From a bacterium (GTDB lineage: Bacteria; SAR324; NAC60-12), in assembly GCA_965205865.1 (NCBI GenBank), contig CBDBHR010000030.1, positions 1,280,001 to 1,344,000 of the forward strand: a DNA stretch of 64,000 nucleotides, written 5' to 3'. A program made the translations under genes and the position numbers. The notes beneath the pieces are model-generated. The model was given only the letters and a program-made list of their open reading frames with translations. It ran no database searches and was not told the origin of the DNA. This document shows, one piece after another, positions 1-10,596 of the stretch (its first letter is position 1; each line of letters opens with the position of its first letter).

Positions 1-364
1 CGCCCTACTCGTCGGGCCTGAAACGGCGGCCACTTTAGGAGTCGACGTGCCGCGTTTGCGCAATCAGCTGTTTATCGTCAGTGCCTTGCTGACCGGCGTT
101 TTAGTAGCGGTCAGTGGCGCGATTGGATTTGTGGGATTGCTGGCGCCCCATATCGTCAAATTGTGCGTAGGGTCCGATCATAAGAAAGTATTACCAATCG
201 GATTTTTGTTTGGAGGCATTTTTCTCATTTGGGTGGACGTGCTGGCACGGGTCATATTATCGCCCCAAGAGCTGCCGATTGGAATCCTCACTGCCTTTTT
301 AGGAGCGCCTTTTTTCATTTGGCTGATGCGTTTCAAGGGAAAAATGTTGCAAGGAGACGCGTGA
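1..364 (+). CDS. FecCD-family iron-siderophore/B12 ABC permease (5' truncated by window edge)
   Basis: GAIGFVGLLAPH and ELPIGILTAFLGAPFF motifs; its stop overlaps the next ATG (TGATG). Confidence 0.9.
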   Translation, partial: ALLVGPETAATLGVDVPRLRNQLFIVSALLTGVLVAVSGAIGFVGLLAPHIVKLCVGSDHKKVLPIGFLFGGIFLIWVDVLARVILSPQELPIGILTAFLGAPFFIWLMRFKGKMLQGDA

Positions 365-1164
365 TGAAATTGGAAGTGCGACAGGTCGGTTGGAGTGTGG
401 AGCAAAAACGGATCATTCAAAATATTTCTCTGGAAGTGCAGCCCCGGCAATTTGTCGGATTGATCGGTCCCAATGGCAGTGGCAAATCCAGCCTGTTGAA
501 AACGATCTATCGCATTCTTAAACCCGATACCGGCATGGTTGCCATCGACGAGCAAGATGTATGGCAATTGAGTCCACGTGAAGTGGCGCAATCCATGGCA
601 GTTGTCATCCAGGAGTCACTGACGGAGTTTGATTTTACCGCACGGGAGATTGTCATGATGGGACGTTTGCCTTTCAAAAAGACATTTGAAAGGGAATCGG
701 AATATGATTTACAATTGACCGAAGAGGCATTGAGGCAGGTGGACTTGTTGCAATTGGCAGATCGCCACTTTCTTTCTTTGTCGGGAGGCGAAAAACAACG
801 CTTGCTTATCGCGCGGGCGTTGGCGCAGAAACCACAACTGTTACTCATGGATGAGCCCACCAATCATTTGGACATTTACCACCAATTGGAGATTCTCGAT
901 TTAATCAAACAACTGCGAATCACTGCCTTGGTGGCCTTGCATGATTTGAATCTGGCAGCTTTTTATTGTGACCACATTTATGTTTTGAAAGAAGGAAGAG
1001 TCGTTTCAGAAGGGGCTCCCGAAAAGATTCTGACAACTCGTCTGATTGAGGAAGTTTATGGGGTGTATGCGGAAGTGCGTCCTCATCCCCGTACCGGGAA
1101 ACTGCATATTACCTTCTTTCCCCAACGGATGAGGAGGGGGGATTCCGCTTTACGCCTTCTTTGA
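364..1164 (+). CDS. Iron-chelate ABC transporter ATP-binding protein (FecE/FhuC-like)
   Basis: Walker A GPNGSGKS, signature LSGGEKQR, Walker B LLMDEPTNHLD. Confidence 0.92.
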   Translation: MKLEVRQVGWSVEQKRIIQNISLEVQPRQFVGLIGPNGSGKSSLLKTIYRILKPDTGMVAIDEQDVWQLSPREVAQSMAVVIQESLTEFDFTAREIVMMGRLPFKKTFERESEYDLQLTEEALRQVDLLQLADRHFLSLSGGEKQRLLIARALAQKPQLLLMDEPTNHLDIYHQLEILDLIKQLRITALVALHDLNLAAFYCDHIYVLKEGRVVSEGAPEKILTTRLIEEVYGVYAEVRPHPRTGKLHITFFPQRMRRGDSALRLL

Positions 1165-1250
1165 AAAATGGGAGGACAACTATCATCAATTTGCAAGATG
1201 GAAAAGATCTCCATTGACAAAAAGGAAATAAATGGAGGGTATTCGTCGCA

Positions 1251-1916
1251 TCAGTGGGCAAACAAGCTGGTTTGCCATCCTCCGTCCAAATCACCGTAGC
1301 CATGAATGAGCAGTTCGACGAGGGAAGGAAGAATTCTTTGGGCTTTGGCATTCAATTCGAGCAGTGAGGCTCCCGTGGGCAAATCGTTTCGTTGTTCCAT
1401 CATCGCTTGCAATTCCCGGTATATCCCTACCAGGTCCAGCACATCATCGGCCGCGTATTGGAGTTGAGCCGAAGTCAGATTTGCGCGAGACCAGTCGCTT
1501 TGTTGCTGCTCTTTTTTGAGTTTTTTGCCCAGAAGTTCCCATGCGAGGTCCTTCAGTCCATGGTTATCCGTATAGGTGCGGATGATTTTGCTCATTACCT
1601 TCGTGCAACAAAACGGTCGTACTTCGATTTGCAGTGATGTTTTCAAAAAAGCCACGTCGGTGAGGGCGAAGTGAAAGATCTTCAACACTTGTTCGGCTTC
1701 CATCAACTGCCGTAGACGGGAAGGCGGGTTCGAGTCGTCGGGCTTGACCAAACAGACGTTGGCCTGGTCATCGCAAAGCTGGACCAGGCAAATTTGATCG
1801 CGGTAAAGCGTCAGACCATGAAGCTCCGTATCGACGGCAAGCAGGTCTTGTTTCAGAAAGTGCTCTAACAAGTCCCGGGGAATATCAGACACCGTCTTGA
1901 ATTTAGATTCCGACAT
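1251..1916 (-). CDS. rnd: Ribonuclease D-like DEDDy 3'-5' exonuclease
   Basis: AVDTELHGL, KIFHFA..D, QQQSDWS..L...QLQYAADDV; GGAGG RBS before ATG 1916. Confidence 0.85.
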   Translation of the reverse strand: MSESKFKTVSDIPRDLLEHFLKQDLLAVDTELHGLTLYRDQICLVQLCDDQANVCLVKPDDSNPPSRLRQLMEAEQVLKIFHFALTDVAFLKTSLQIEVRPFCCTKVMSKIIRTYTDNHGLKDLAWELLGKKLKKEQQQSDWSRANLTSAQLQYAADDVLDLVGIYRELQAMMEQRNDLPTGASLLELNAKAQRILPSLVELLIHGYGDLDGGWQTSLFAH

Positions 1917-1969
1917 AGCCTCCATCGTGTAATTGATTGATCAAATTCAAACAGACTCGCATAAAGATT

Positions 1970-2332
1970 CTAAATTGCTCGCCCTTCCTTGAATTGCACC
2001 CAGCCTTTGTAGACGCGATAAATGATCCAGACATAGACCGCGATCAATATCAAATAGCCGATTCCAAAAAAAGTAGTAACCGTTCCAACCACTCCAACAA
2101 TGAGGCTGACCCAAAAAGTGGCGATTTGCCATCTGAAATGAGATTCCAGCCATGTCTCCCGCACGTCATCCTTTTTAAGGTAATTGAGGACAACTCCAAC
2201 GAGCGCCGTAATGCCGAAAAAAATCGAAAACCCTTGTAAAACGTAAATTGCCAGGGTGAGAGTTTTCAAGGAATGGGAAGGCTGGTTGAGGTGCAGCGCC
2301 TTGTTTTCGTATTTATTGATTGAGTCCGTCAT
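1970..2332 (-). CDS. Small membrane protein (DUF4870-like)
   Basis: SHFRWQI.TFW and W.IYR..KGW motifs, about 3 TM helices, GGAG RBS. Confidence 0.75.
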   Translation of the reverse strand: MTDSINKYENKALHLNQPSHSLKTLTLAIYVLQGFSIFFGITALVGVVLNYLKKDDVRETWLESHFRWQIATFWVSLIVGVVGTVTTFFGIGYLILIAVYVWIIYRVYKGWVQFKEGRAI

Positions 2333-2453
2333 AAATCTCCTTTGCTTTGGCAAGTGCTGAAAAAATTCTTACTAGTTCAATGGCTTTGCTTGTTAGACAA
2401 GTCATCATATCTATTCCTGCAGGATAAACAATATTAAATGAACGCGCAATTTT

Positions 2454-2748
2454 TTAATGGATTGGATGACCTTCTCGAATCGCTAACACCACTTTTCCCA
2501 GCGCCTGACGATTGGCAAGCAGTTGCAGGGCTTCTATTGCTTCTTCGAGAGGATAGATGCGTGAAATATGGGGACGAATTTTATCTTGCCTGGCCCATTT
2601 GAAGAGCATCGTCATGTTTTCTTGCGCTCCCTGAGGAAGCCGCATGCAAGGCAACTTTTACTTCTCCGGGAGCAACCGGTGGCAGATGCGCGTCTTCCAT
2701 CACCAGATCTTCCAGCGTTCCGATTTTATGACAGACAATGGCTTTCAT
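2454..2748 (-). pseudogene. NADPH:quinone oxidoreductase (MDR family) with large internal deletion
   Basis: N-terminus MKAIVCHKIGTLEDLVMED..PGEVKVALHAAS joined out of frame to C-terminus PHISRIYPLEEAIEALQLLANRQALGKVVL. Confidence 0.8.
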
Positions 2749-2769
2749 GAACTCAAACGAGGTTTGGGA

Positions 2770-3720
2770 TCAGTTTTCGCCGAGGAGAGCAATTCGTTCA
2801 GTGATCAGGGAAAAAAATCCATCGGCATCAATGTTCGTCATCCAGGTTGCATTGATGGGTTGGTTAGTAAGTTGACGATTGTCGACTATAGTAGCGCCCA
2901 TCGTTAATTCAGAGTTTGTTTCCACCGCAATGCGCACGGCTTCTCCGCAAAACAACTCGGGATTGAGCAGGTAGGCCATGGTGCAGGGATCATGCAAGGG
3001 AGCCGACTCCCGGCTGAATTTTTGTCGGTAGGTTTCCATAATGGATTCAAACAGGGTTTTAGCAAGCCTGGCAACCGGAGTGTCGAGATCCGCCAGCGGC
3101 TCGATTCGTTTCGCCGTCAATAACGCCTGGTGCGTCACATCCAACCCCATCACCACTAAAGGACGACCACAGTTGAAAACGACATGGGCAGCATGGGGAT
3201 CCACGTAAATATTGAATTCCGCGGCAGGGGTGACGTTACCACCTGCGCAGGCGCTGCCTCCCATCAAGACGATTTCTTCGATTTTCGGCAAGATACGGGG
3301 CTCTTTGATCATTGCCATTGCGATGTTGGTCAAAGGACCGACGGGGATCAAGGTGATCGATTGCGGTTGAGCGGCCAGCAGCGTTTCTACAATGAAATCA
3401 ACGGCATGTTGTTCTTGCAAGGGAGTCTCCGGCTCAAAATGATCGATTCCCAGCAATCCGGATTCACCATGGAAATTCCTGGCCGTTTCTAATTCTCTCA
3501 GCATGGGTCTGGCGCATCCCGCATAAACCGGGACCTGCGGAAATCCTGCCAATTGACAGATAATACGGGCGTTGCGTTGGGTCATGTCCAGCCCTACGTT
3601 TCCTGCCACCGTAGTAATTCCTAAAAGATGACATTCTTGGGAAGATGCCAGCGCGAGCAGCAGATTGATCGCATCATCCAAGCCGGGATCGCAGTCAATA
3701 ATGATAGCGCGTTTTTTCAT
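2770..3720 (-). CDS. Inosine/uridine-preferring nucleoside hydrolase
   Basis: IIDCDPGLDD, GPLTNIA, AEFNIYVDP, LHDP motifs. Confidence 0.93.
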   Translation of the reverse strand: MKKRAIIIDCDPGLDDAINLLLALASSQECHLLGITTVAGNVGLDMTQRNARIICQLAGFPQVPVYAGCARPMLRELETARNFHGESGLLGIDHFEPETPLQEQHAVDFIVETLLAAQPQSITLIPVGPLTNIAMAMIKEPRILPKIEEIVLMGGSACAGGNVTPAAEFNIYVDPHAAHVVFNCGRPLVVMGLDVTHQALLTAKRIEPLADLDTPVARLAKTLFESIMETYRQKFSRESAPLHDPCTMAYLLNPELFCGEAVRIAVETNSELTMGATIVDNRQLTNQPINATWMTNIDADGFFSLITERIALLGEN

Positions 3721-3960
3721 ATCAATGCTCAACAGATCCTTATAATTGTTTGAAACAGACTGAATATTAACACAAAACGCTCTGATGTCAAAATCACCCA
3801 ATGAAGGAATGGTCTCCGGCATGTGAGAGCACAAGGTGAATAATTCGTTTGTCGAGCGCCTCTGACGCATGGTTTTGTCTTGACGGGAGACACTCCTCTG
3901 AGATATTCAATTCTTTATGACCTGAACGAACCTTAATTGTCCATTCCGCAGGAGAAAATC

Positions 3961-4857
3961 ATGACCACAACATGGCAAGCGCTGGAACCGGACCTCGAGA
4001 CAATCTTCCTGCATGCGAAAAATCCGCTGCAGGCTCTGGCGGAGGGCGATATTCCGGGCATCGTCATACGGGAAGCATACCCGGTAGAGCATTGTGAGGA
4101 ATTGATCTGCAGATTCCTCGACCAAAATCTGATATGGGCCCCTGAAAACCCCAAAGCGGGCAATTATAATGAAGTGATTCATCATCGTGGGACGGGTGAG
4201 TTGCCTCTCAGAATCGACATTGGCAGCAGCTTGGCCAATTTCGCCCGGCACCAAACTCCCTATGACGACGATGTGCGGAACAAGGAGGCGTTTCTGGAGC
4301 ATGCGGCGGCCACCCGGGATTTATTTCACCAGCTGTTTGATGGATTGGAGGATCCGGTCGAGTGCCTGTACGATGCTCTCTCCGCCCTGGCCGTCGGCAA
4401 GGAGGTGAAAGTTGCCTATGAGCCGGATGGCCGTCAGTATGCTCCGGCTATTTTTCGCATTCACTATGCCGGTCAGGAATATCGCCCCCACATCAATCAT
4501 GCGCGGATCAGCGATAAGCTTTTCAACTTCCAGGCTTCCCGATTCGATCACAATTTTGCCGGCCTCATTTGTATGCGGAATCCGGCGCACAAAGACGCCA
4601 GTCCTCATGCCTTGATCCATCGCTGCGTCTGGACACCGGAGATTGAGGAACATCTCTCTGATGGGACCTACGACGAATATGCGGCGCAAAAGGAGATAGA
4701 ACAATTCGAGTTCAACGTGGAGCCGGGAGATTTCTATCTCTTCAATAGCGGTCTGATTCACGTTGTGAAACCCTTTGAAAGTAAAATCGCAAGGATTGTC
4801 CTCGCCACTTTCATTGGTTATTCACAGGACGATGATGAAATTTTCGTCTGGTCATGA
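3961..4857 (+). CDS. Putative Fe(II)/2-oxoglutarate-type oxygenase (double-stranded beta-helix)
   Basis: R..PHIN, PGDFYLFNSGLIHVV and terminal RIVLATF; GGAG RBS. Confidence 0.55.
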   Translation: MTTTWQALEPDLETIFLHAKNPLQALAEGDIPGIVIREAYPVEHCEELICRFLDQNLIWAPENPKAGNYNEVIHHRGTGELPLRIDIGSSLANFARHQTPYDDDVRNKEAFLEHAAATRDLFHQLFDGLEDPVECLYDALSALAVGKEVKVAYEPDGRQYAPAIFRIHYAGQEYRPHINHARISDKLFNFQASRFDHNFAGLICMRNPAHKDASPHALIHRCVWTPEIEEHLSDGTYDEYAAQKEIEQFEFNVEPGDFYLFNSGLIHVVKPFESKIARIVLATFIGYSQDDDEIFVWS

Positions 4858-4901
4858 ACTGACGGAGTATTTCATTCTCCGTTCACCAAAGAAAGGGATA
4901 A

Positions 4902-5567
4902 ATGGAACTGTATGAGGTCATGCGCACCACTTTTTCCGCCAGAAAATTCACAACCGATCCTTTGCCCGACAAGATCCTTTATAAGATTTTGGACAATGCG
5001 CGTTATGCGCCCAGCGGGGGAAACCGGCAGGGGGCTCACGTGATTATCGTGCGGAATCGCAAGACCCGTGAGAAGCTGGTAGCATTGTCGATAGAGGCCG
5101 CCAAACGATATACGGCCCAGGTCAAAGCGGGGGAAAATCCCTGGAACTCCCTGGAACCTACCAGGGTAGTGGCGGAGACTATCGAGCAAACCATTACTCC
5201 TTCCCCTATGATGGAATCCTACCTTAAAGCTGCGGTGGTGCTGGTGATTTGCGTCGACCTCGAAGTCGTTGCCTCCGTCGATCAATATCTGGACCGCGTG
5301 GGTATCGTCAGTGGAGCTTCGATCTATCCGCTGGTCTGGAACATCCTGATGAGCGCCCGCCGTGAAGGCTACGGTGGAACGCTCACCACCCTGCCTGTTT
5401 CGCAGGAACCCGCCCTGCAAAAATTTCTGGGTATTCCCTCCCACGTCGCCGTGTGTGCGGTCCTACCATTGGGAAAGCCGGTCAAACAATTGACCAGACT
5501 CAAAAGAAAACCAGTTTCCGAATTCGCGGTTCACGAATGCTGGGGTGGAAAACCCCTGGCTGGTTAA
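4902..5567 (+). CDS. Nitroreductase family protein
   Basis: R.F..DPLPD, APSGGNRQ, LPLGKP motifs. Confidence 0.9.
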   Translation: MELYEVMRTTFSARKFTTDPLPDKILYKILDNARYAPSGGNRQGAHVIIVRNRKTREKLVALSIEAAKRYTAQVKAGENPWNSLEPTRVVAETIEQTITPSPMMESYLKAAVVLVICVDLEVVASVDQYLDRVGIVSGASIYPLVWNILMSARREGYGGTLTTLPVSQEPALQKFLGIPSHVAVCAVLPLGKPVKQLTRLKRKPVSEFAVHECWGGKPLAG

Positions 5568-5576
5568 ACGCGCTTT

Positions 5577-6320
5577 TCAATGCAGTGGAAGCGCTTTTAC
5601 TCTTTCTTGAGGACGGGTCTTCACTCTGGCAACGACGACATAAAGAGGATCCGTGCGTCCAGGGTAGGGAGAAATGTCTTTGAATTCAGTTTTTTCAAAC
5701 CTTTGTGCTTCCGCGAAATATGACTTCACCAGTCGGACATGACCTGCGTCTCCTGAAGTGCGCCAGGCGCGTGTGGCCTTGGTGGGAAAGAGACGGTTGG
5801 AAAAACTGACGCAGCACGCGCCTTCCGGAACAAGCACCCGGGCGATTTCTCGAAAGATGGCGACGGGTTGGGTTAGATACTGCACCGAGACGGCAATCAA
5901 ACAGGCGTCAAACGTCTGGTCCGCATAGGGAAGTTCGGGATGCGTGTTCAGATTTCCCACCTGAAAATCGGTCAGTACCGCATTGTTGCGCAGTTCCTCT
6001 TCATTCATTCCAAGTCCCGAAACCATGCTCCATTTCCTGTCTTCGGGTAAATGAGAGACCCAACTCGACATCAGATCCAGGATGGCAGCATCGTCGGGAA
6101 GCAATTCATCGTAGAATTTTTTCAAGGCCTCGCAGGCGTCATCATCGATATGCCGGACGAACCGGGGAACCTCGTAAAAATGTTCATCCGGGGATTCATC
6201 TTCTCTTTGGAAGAAATCTTCTGAGAATAAGGACGCCCCTGAAGATCCGGCACGAGGGAACAACCATCGTTTTATCGCGGTGGAAACAGAACGCAATCGC
6301 ATGAGCGAAATTGTTGTCAT
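5577..6320 (-). CDS. Class I SAM-dependent methyltransferase
   Basis: REDESPD..FY..PRFV.HIDD, ILDLMSSW.SHLP, SFSNR.FPTKA; start codon uncertain. Confidence 0.85.
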   Translation of the reverse strand: MTTISLMRLRSVSTAIKRWLFPRAGSSGASLFSEDFFQREDESPDEHFYEVPRFVRHIDDDACEALKKFYDELLPDDAAILDLMSSWVSHLPEDRKWSMVSGLGMNEEELRNNAVLTDFQVGNLNTHPELPYADQTFDACLIAVSVQYLTQPVAIFREIARVLVPEGACCVSFSNRLFPTKATRAWRTSGDAGHVRLVKSYFAEAQRFEKTEFKDISPYPGRTDPLYVVVARVKTRPQERVKALPLH

Positions 6321-7810
6321 TGCGGTTTGGATTCCTGATAGATTCTCAGGTCACCAACAAGTGAGGCAAGTCTTTCCATATCCCGGGTATAATTCATCAA
6401 CAAACTGTAAAAACCAGTAATTCTGCATCTGTTCTGCTCGCTGTCTGAATCCAACATCAAGATGTGTCTCATCACTTCATCTGCGTCAACTAGCAGGGTT
6501 TTATACCTGTCAAAAGAATTATTGACGACGTACAAAGTTTTCCGGCTGTCTTTGATCGTTTGGTTTGAAGTATTCGCCAGAGATGAGATCTTTTGTTGGT
6601 CTAATTTCAGAAGAATAAAATATCTTGAAAGTAAAATTACATAGTTCGTTAGCCGTACTTTTTCAATTTCTGGTGATTGCATTATTGTGAATATTTCAGG
6701 CAATACCTCTTCTGAATTGTCATCATCGAACCGCAGGAATATTCTGTCCAGATATATTGCAAATAGCAGTGGAATCAACGGATTATCCGGTTCATTCAAT
6801 ATTGAATCCTTGAAGTAATTGTTGATGTATGGGAAATCGATATTTTCTTCATATAATGAACTCGTTGCATAAATAAATGCCGGAAGGGTGCGTTTGATTT
6901 TTCCGGCTTTCTCATGGTCCATTGCAGCGGCTGCATGTTCTTTTGCCTTTACATAATCGTTTGAGACAAAATAGAGTAAAGCCAATAAGGACAGGTTTTG
7001 CATTTTTTCATTCTCATTCAGAGACTCTTGATCCGGTTCAGATTTTAGTGTGTCTAAAGCGTTTTTTATCAACTCCGGATCGTTGTAAGCATATATGGTC
7101 AGTTCTTTATCCGGATCTTCCAACAATTCCATGGCCTCTTCAGTTGAAACAAAACATGGATCTGTTTTTTTCTCTTTCTTCCAGAAATTTGGCTCTATTT
7201 TAATCCTGTTCTTTAAATCATCCCATTTGGTATTTTTCAGTATTTTTATGGCATCATCGAACCTCTGTTTCCAGGAAGGGCTGGATTGCAGTATTTCCAT
7301 GGCATCTTCATAAGCATCCGATCCGGAGGTATTCACAGGCAGGGGGAGTGTCGGCAACTGCATGCTTTTTTCTACCAAATTGCTGTATTCATATGAAAAA
7401 TTATAGGTAATCTCATTTATAACTTTCTCACTTGCGTAATCGAATACCACACCGGTTCCAAACGTCAGGGCGGTAGTGAGTAGCGCTGCTCCACCTGCAA
7501 TACCGAACCCCCCACTGGCGATTGCGCCTCCACCAAGCAAAGCAAGCCCCGCATTAGTCGCCACAATTCCCGAGTACCCCATCAAGCCACCAATCCATGT
7601 GCCGATACCTAAAATGAAAGGACTTCCTGTGCCTCCGGAAAAAAATAAGAACAAGCCTGCGATATTCGCTCCTGCGCCTGCGATAGCAATTGTCCACCCA
7701 ATATGAAGTGATCCCTTGTAAAAGGACTCAAAAGTACCATACTCGCTGGCAGCATAAGCCAGGTCCGGAACAAGGTATATTAAAATCAGGAATAAGAGAG
7801 TTGGCTTCAC
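6317..7810 (-). CDS. Hypothetical exported/membrane protein with Gly-rich hydrophobic hairpin and helical C-terminus
   Basis: 497-aa ORF with signal-like N-terminus, GLALLGGGAIASGGFGIAGGAALL segment, AT-rich. Confidence 0.7.
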   Translation of the reverse strand: MKPTLLFLILIYLVPDLAYAASEYGTFESFYKGSLHIGWTIAIAGAGANIAGLFLFFSGGTGSPFILGIGTWIGGLMGYSGIVATNAGLALLGGGAIASGGFGIAGGAALLTTALTFGTGVVFDYASEKVINEITYNFSYEYSNLVEKSMQLPTLPLPVNTSGSDAYEDAMEILQSSPSWKQRFDDAIKILKNTKWDDLKNRIKIEPNFWKKEKKTDPCFVSTEEAMELLEDPDKELTIYAYNDPELIKNALDTLKSEPDQESLNENEKMQNLSLLALLYFVSNDYVKAKEHAAAAMDHEKAGKIKRTLPAFIYATSSLYEENIDFPYINNYFKDSILNEPDNPLIPLLFAIYLDRIFLRFDDDNSEEVLPEIFTIMQSPEIEKVRLTNYVILLSRYFILLKLDQQKISSLANTSNQTIKDSRKTLYVVNNSFDRYKTLLVDADEVMRHILMLDSDSEQNRCRITGFYSLLMNYTRDMERLASLVGDLRIYQESKPQ

Positions 7811-8625
7811 TTGATTTTTTCCAGCATCCCGATTTGGATTATCTGGTCCTCAGGCAACCCAAAAATCAATTCAATACCTCGTTTACCAGTTTCACTTTGT
7901 AACAATTTGAGTTGACCTTCTTTGGGTTGATTGGTCATGGTAAATATTGGAATAACTTTCCTGGGACGCTTGCTTGCCCCGTATTGTACCAATGTGTCTA
8001 AATCGGCTCTGAATTTATCCATCGGTATTGGTGTTGCTGGTTTATAGTCCTTGGCTTCTATCGCTAAAATTTTTTCACCTTTTTCAAAGACGATATCAAT
8101 GTCAGTTCCCCCTTTTTTCAACCCGTCATCAAACTTTTCTCCTATGCCTGAAACTTTAAATCCTCTCCCTGATCCGAAGTGAGCAATCCTTAGCTCATTC
8201 AAGTGTCCTTGTGTTACTTGAGGATTATTACCAGTCATTTTTTTTAAAGTAGAGCGGAATCCAGGCGTATTACTCAATTTGAAAAACACGTTTTTTGCTT
8301 CTTTTCTTTTAAATACGTTTTGGTGAACAAGAATACGCATATACGTATCTTCGAGTACTTCATTGGGTAAATTGAGTTTACCAAGCTCCTTTCCAACTTG
8401 GACTGTACCGTTGAGTTCCTTAGCGAGTTTGGAAAATTCAATTATTTTTCTATTTGATAACGAATTGGGAGATTTGAAAAATGGGGATATATTTGGAAAC
8501 GGGATAACTTTGGGTGGAATCTTCTGCAACCATTTCCAAAATATATGACCTGGAAAGGCGTTTGCCTGCGGTGTTGCAATAAGCGGTGTTGCAATCAATA
8601 GAAATAGAAGAATTTGTTTTTTCAT
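7807..8625 (-). CDS. Hypothetical secreted protein with PD-(D/E)xK nuclease-like C-terminus
   Basis: Sec signal MKKQILLFLLIATPLIATPQANA; E...TDIDIV...IEAK motif; ATGA overlap with next gene. Confidence 0.6.
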   Translation of the reverse strand: MKKQILLFLLIATPLIATPQANAFPGHIFWKWLQKIPPKVIPFPNISPFFKSPNSLSNRKIIEFSKLAKELNGTVQVGKELGKLNLPNEVLEDTYMRILVHQNVFKRKEAKNVFFKLSNTPGFRSTLKKMTGNNPQVTQGHLNELRIAHFGSGRGFKVSGIGEKFDDGLKKGGTDIDIVFEKGEKILAIEAKDYKPATPIPMDKFRADLDTLVQYGASKRPRKVIPIFTMTNQPKEGQLKLLQSETGKRGIELIFGLPEDQIIQIGMLEKIK

Positions 8626-8696
8626 CTCCGTGTGCCTTCTAGAGTCAGGTTCAAAAAAGAAAAAAAGAGTCTGGCTTGCATGGCATTAGGATTTTC

Positions 8697-8918
8697 TCAT
8701 AATGCCAAAATGTCTGTCTCCACACAATACTCCTTACCAATCGCTTGTTGATAGGAGAGAAAGGAGGGCGGCTGACTAAAGAACATGGAAAAGGCTCCAA
8801 AGGTGGCATTTTTGATCGTATACTTCAACGCCGGACTGGGTAAGCGAAAATCGGGCAGTTCTTCGAATACTCGATGAATTTGACCCACAAACCAATCAAT
8901 ACCTAATCTTTCAGCCAT
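8697..8918 (-). pseudogene. Transposase N-terminal fragment (ISNCY/ISAs1-like)
   Basis: F..LPD.R....KYTIKNA..GAFSMFF.Q.PSFL.YQ. Confidence 0.65.
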
Positions 8919-9530
8919 ACCTGCTCCTTTCTTGAGGGAAAAAACGATGACTGAAAGATAAACGATTTACAGGGAATGTAAAAGAGAATCAGCTATGATT
9001 TCCAAATTTAGAATTGCTGTAAAATGCCTGTCTTCATCCACAATACACTTTACCGAAGCTTTTTTAAGGCGGGACTTCGGTTCTGGCAGGAAGATACGGG
9101 ACCAGTTATCCCCCAAGTTGCTGTTTCCGGTACAGACGAGTGAAATCCATGTATCGTTTGCCAAATACAACATAAATTGTCGTACTTCAGCTTTGGACCA
9201 ATATGCCAACCTGACCCCTTTCCAAATCAAGTGCCCCATGTATCACAGCATATTGAAGCAATTGGTTTTTCTTTAGATTGAATCCTTAGTAGCACTGGAA
9301 TATACATGAAACATGGATTGGCACGCACTTTAATAGTACGTCAATATCTAACGAACAGGTTCGCGAGGTTTGAAAGTACCTTTGGTAAGGTGTTGTATGG
9401 AGGGACAGGTTTTTTTGCATCAATTGAGGAATCTTAATACAATATGCAAACTCAACCCTTTATTTCAACGACACTGCATAATGGATTACGGGAATTTTAT
9501 TGGTACCGGGTCAGAGGAGTTACATGATAG

Positions 9531-10415
9531 ATGGGTTCTAATTTTCCAAGACGACAACACTACATTCCGCAGATGTTGCTCAAGAATTTCTGCGATGACT
9601 TCGGCAGGATTTGGGTATGTGATCAGAACACAGGAGAGATTTTTTCAGGTAAGCCGAAAAATGTGTTCGTAAAGAAAGATCTATACACAAATTACGAGGT
9701 TAAACCCGTGTTAAAGAGCGAAAAATACGAAGATTTCCTCAGAAGCATCAGTCCCAACTACCAATACGAAAACATTCTAAGTGAGATTGAAAGCAAGGCT
9801 GCACCTGTTATCCAATGGATCATTGAGCAAGCCCGGTGCAACAGGACTCCTCGACTTTCGCCGGAAGACCGCGACGCTGTGAAACGGTTCATCCTGGCTT
9901 TAGGGCGGCGGACTCCCGAATCTCAAAAACGAGTGTCGTCCGGTAAGAATATCGATGATATTTTCTACGAAGCGGCTAAGGGTATCGCCAGAAAGGACAA
10001 CTACAAGGGTCTGCCCGACAGAGAATTGATTTATCAAGACCCTCGTATTTCAACATTGAAGGATCTCACCGGATCAAATGTCAATGCAAGATTTGCTGCT
10101 GGCGATCATCCCCGCGAGCAAAGTAATGCAGTGCGATTCTGCCGTGAGACGGGTTTGATGGTTGCGGTAATTCGTATTCCGAAGAGAAGTTTTGTCATTG
10201 GAAGCCACGGCGTAACCATCGTTCAATTCCCAAATAAGGTTGCGCCGGAAAGCTGGATTCCTATCGCCTACGATGTTGCGGTGGTTCCCACATCCTTTCC
10301 TGACAGGGAATTCTTGCTTACACTCGGCCGTGATGAGGATAAACTCATCAAGAGAGTCAACATGGCCTCCGTCCAACTAGTCGGTACGTGGGAGGGTGTT
10401 CCGAAGATCTTCTGA
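9531..10415 (+). CDS. DUF4238 domain protein (possible frameshift close to C-terminus)
   Basis: N-terminal RRQHYIPQMLLKNF and E..LS.IES.AAP motifs; an alternative frame after ~10378 reads SRYVGGCSEDLLKSL. Confidence 0.75.
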   Translation: MGSNFPRRQHYIPQMLLKNFCDDFGRIWVCDQNTGEIFSGKPKNVFVKKDLYTNYEVKPVLKSEKYEDFLRSISPNYQYENILSEIESKAAPVIQWIIEQARCNRTPRLSPEDRDAVKRFILALGRRTPESQKRVSSGKNIDDIFYEAAKGIARKDNYKGLPDRELIYQDPRISTLKDLTGSNVNARFAAGDHPREQSNAVRFCRETGLMVAVIRIPKRSFVIGSHGVTIVQFPNKVAPESWIPIAYDVAVVPTSFPDREFLLTLGRDEDKLIKRVNMASVQLVGTWEGVPKIF

Positions 10416-10596
10416 AATCACTGAACAGAACTGATCCAGGGACCGCTTGATCGAAACGTTCATATGATCGCGCCTCCCTTATCGCCTTGACCTTAAATAT
10501 TCAGGTAGATGCAATATTCTCAAGTACAAGCTCTCAATTTGAAAGCCAGACCCTTTCTTTGGAGTATTTTGTACCGTGAGACAGATGGTACAGAAA

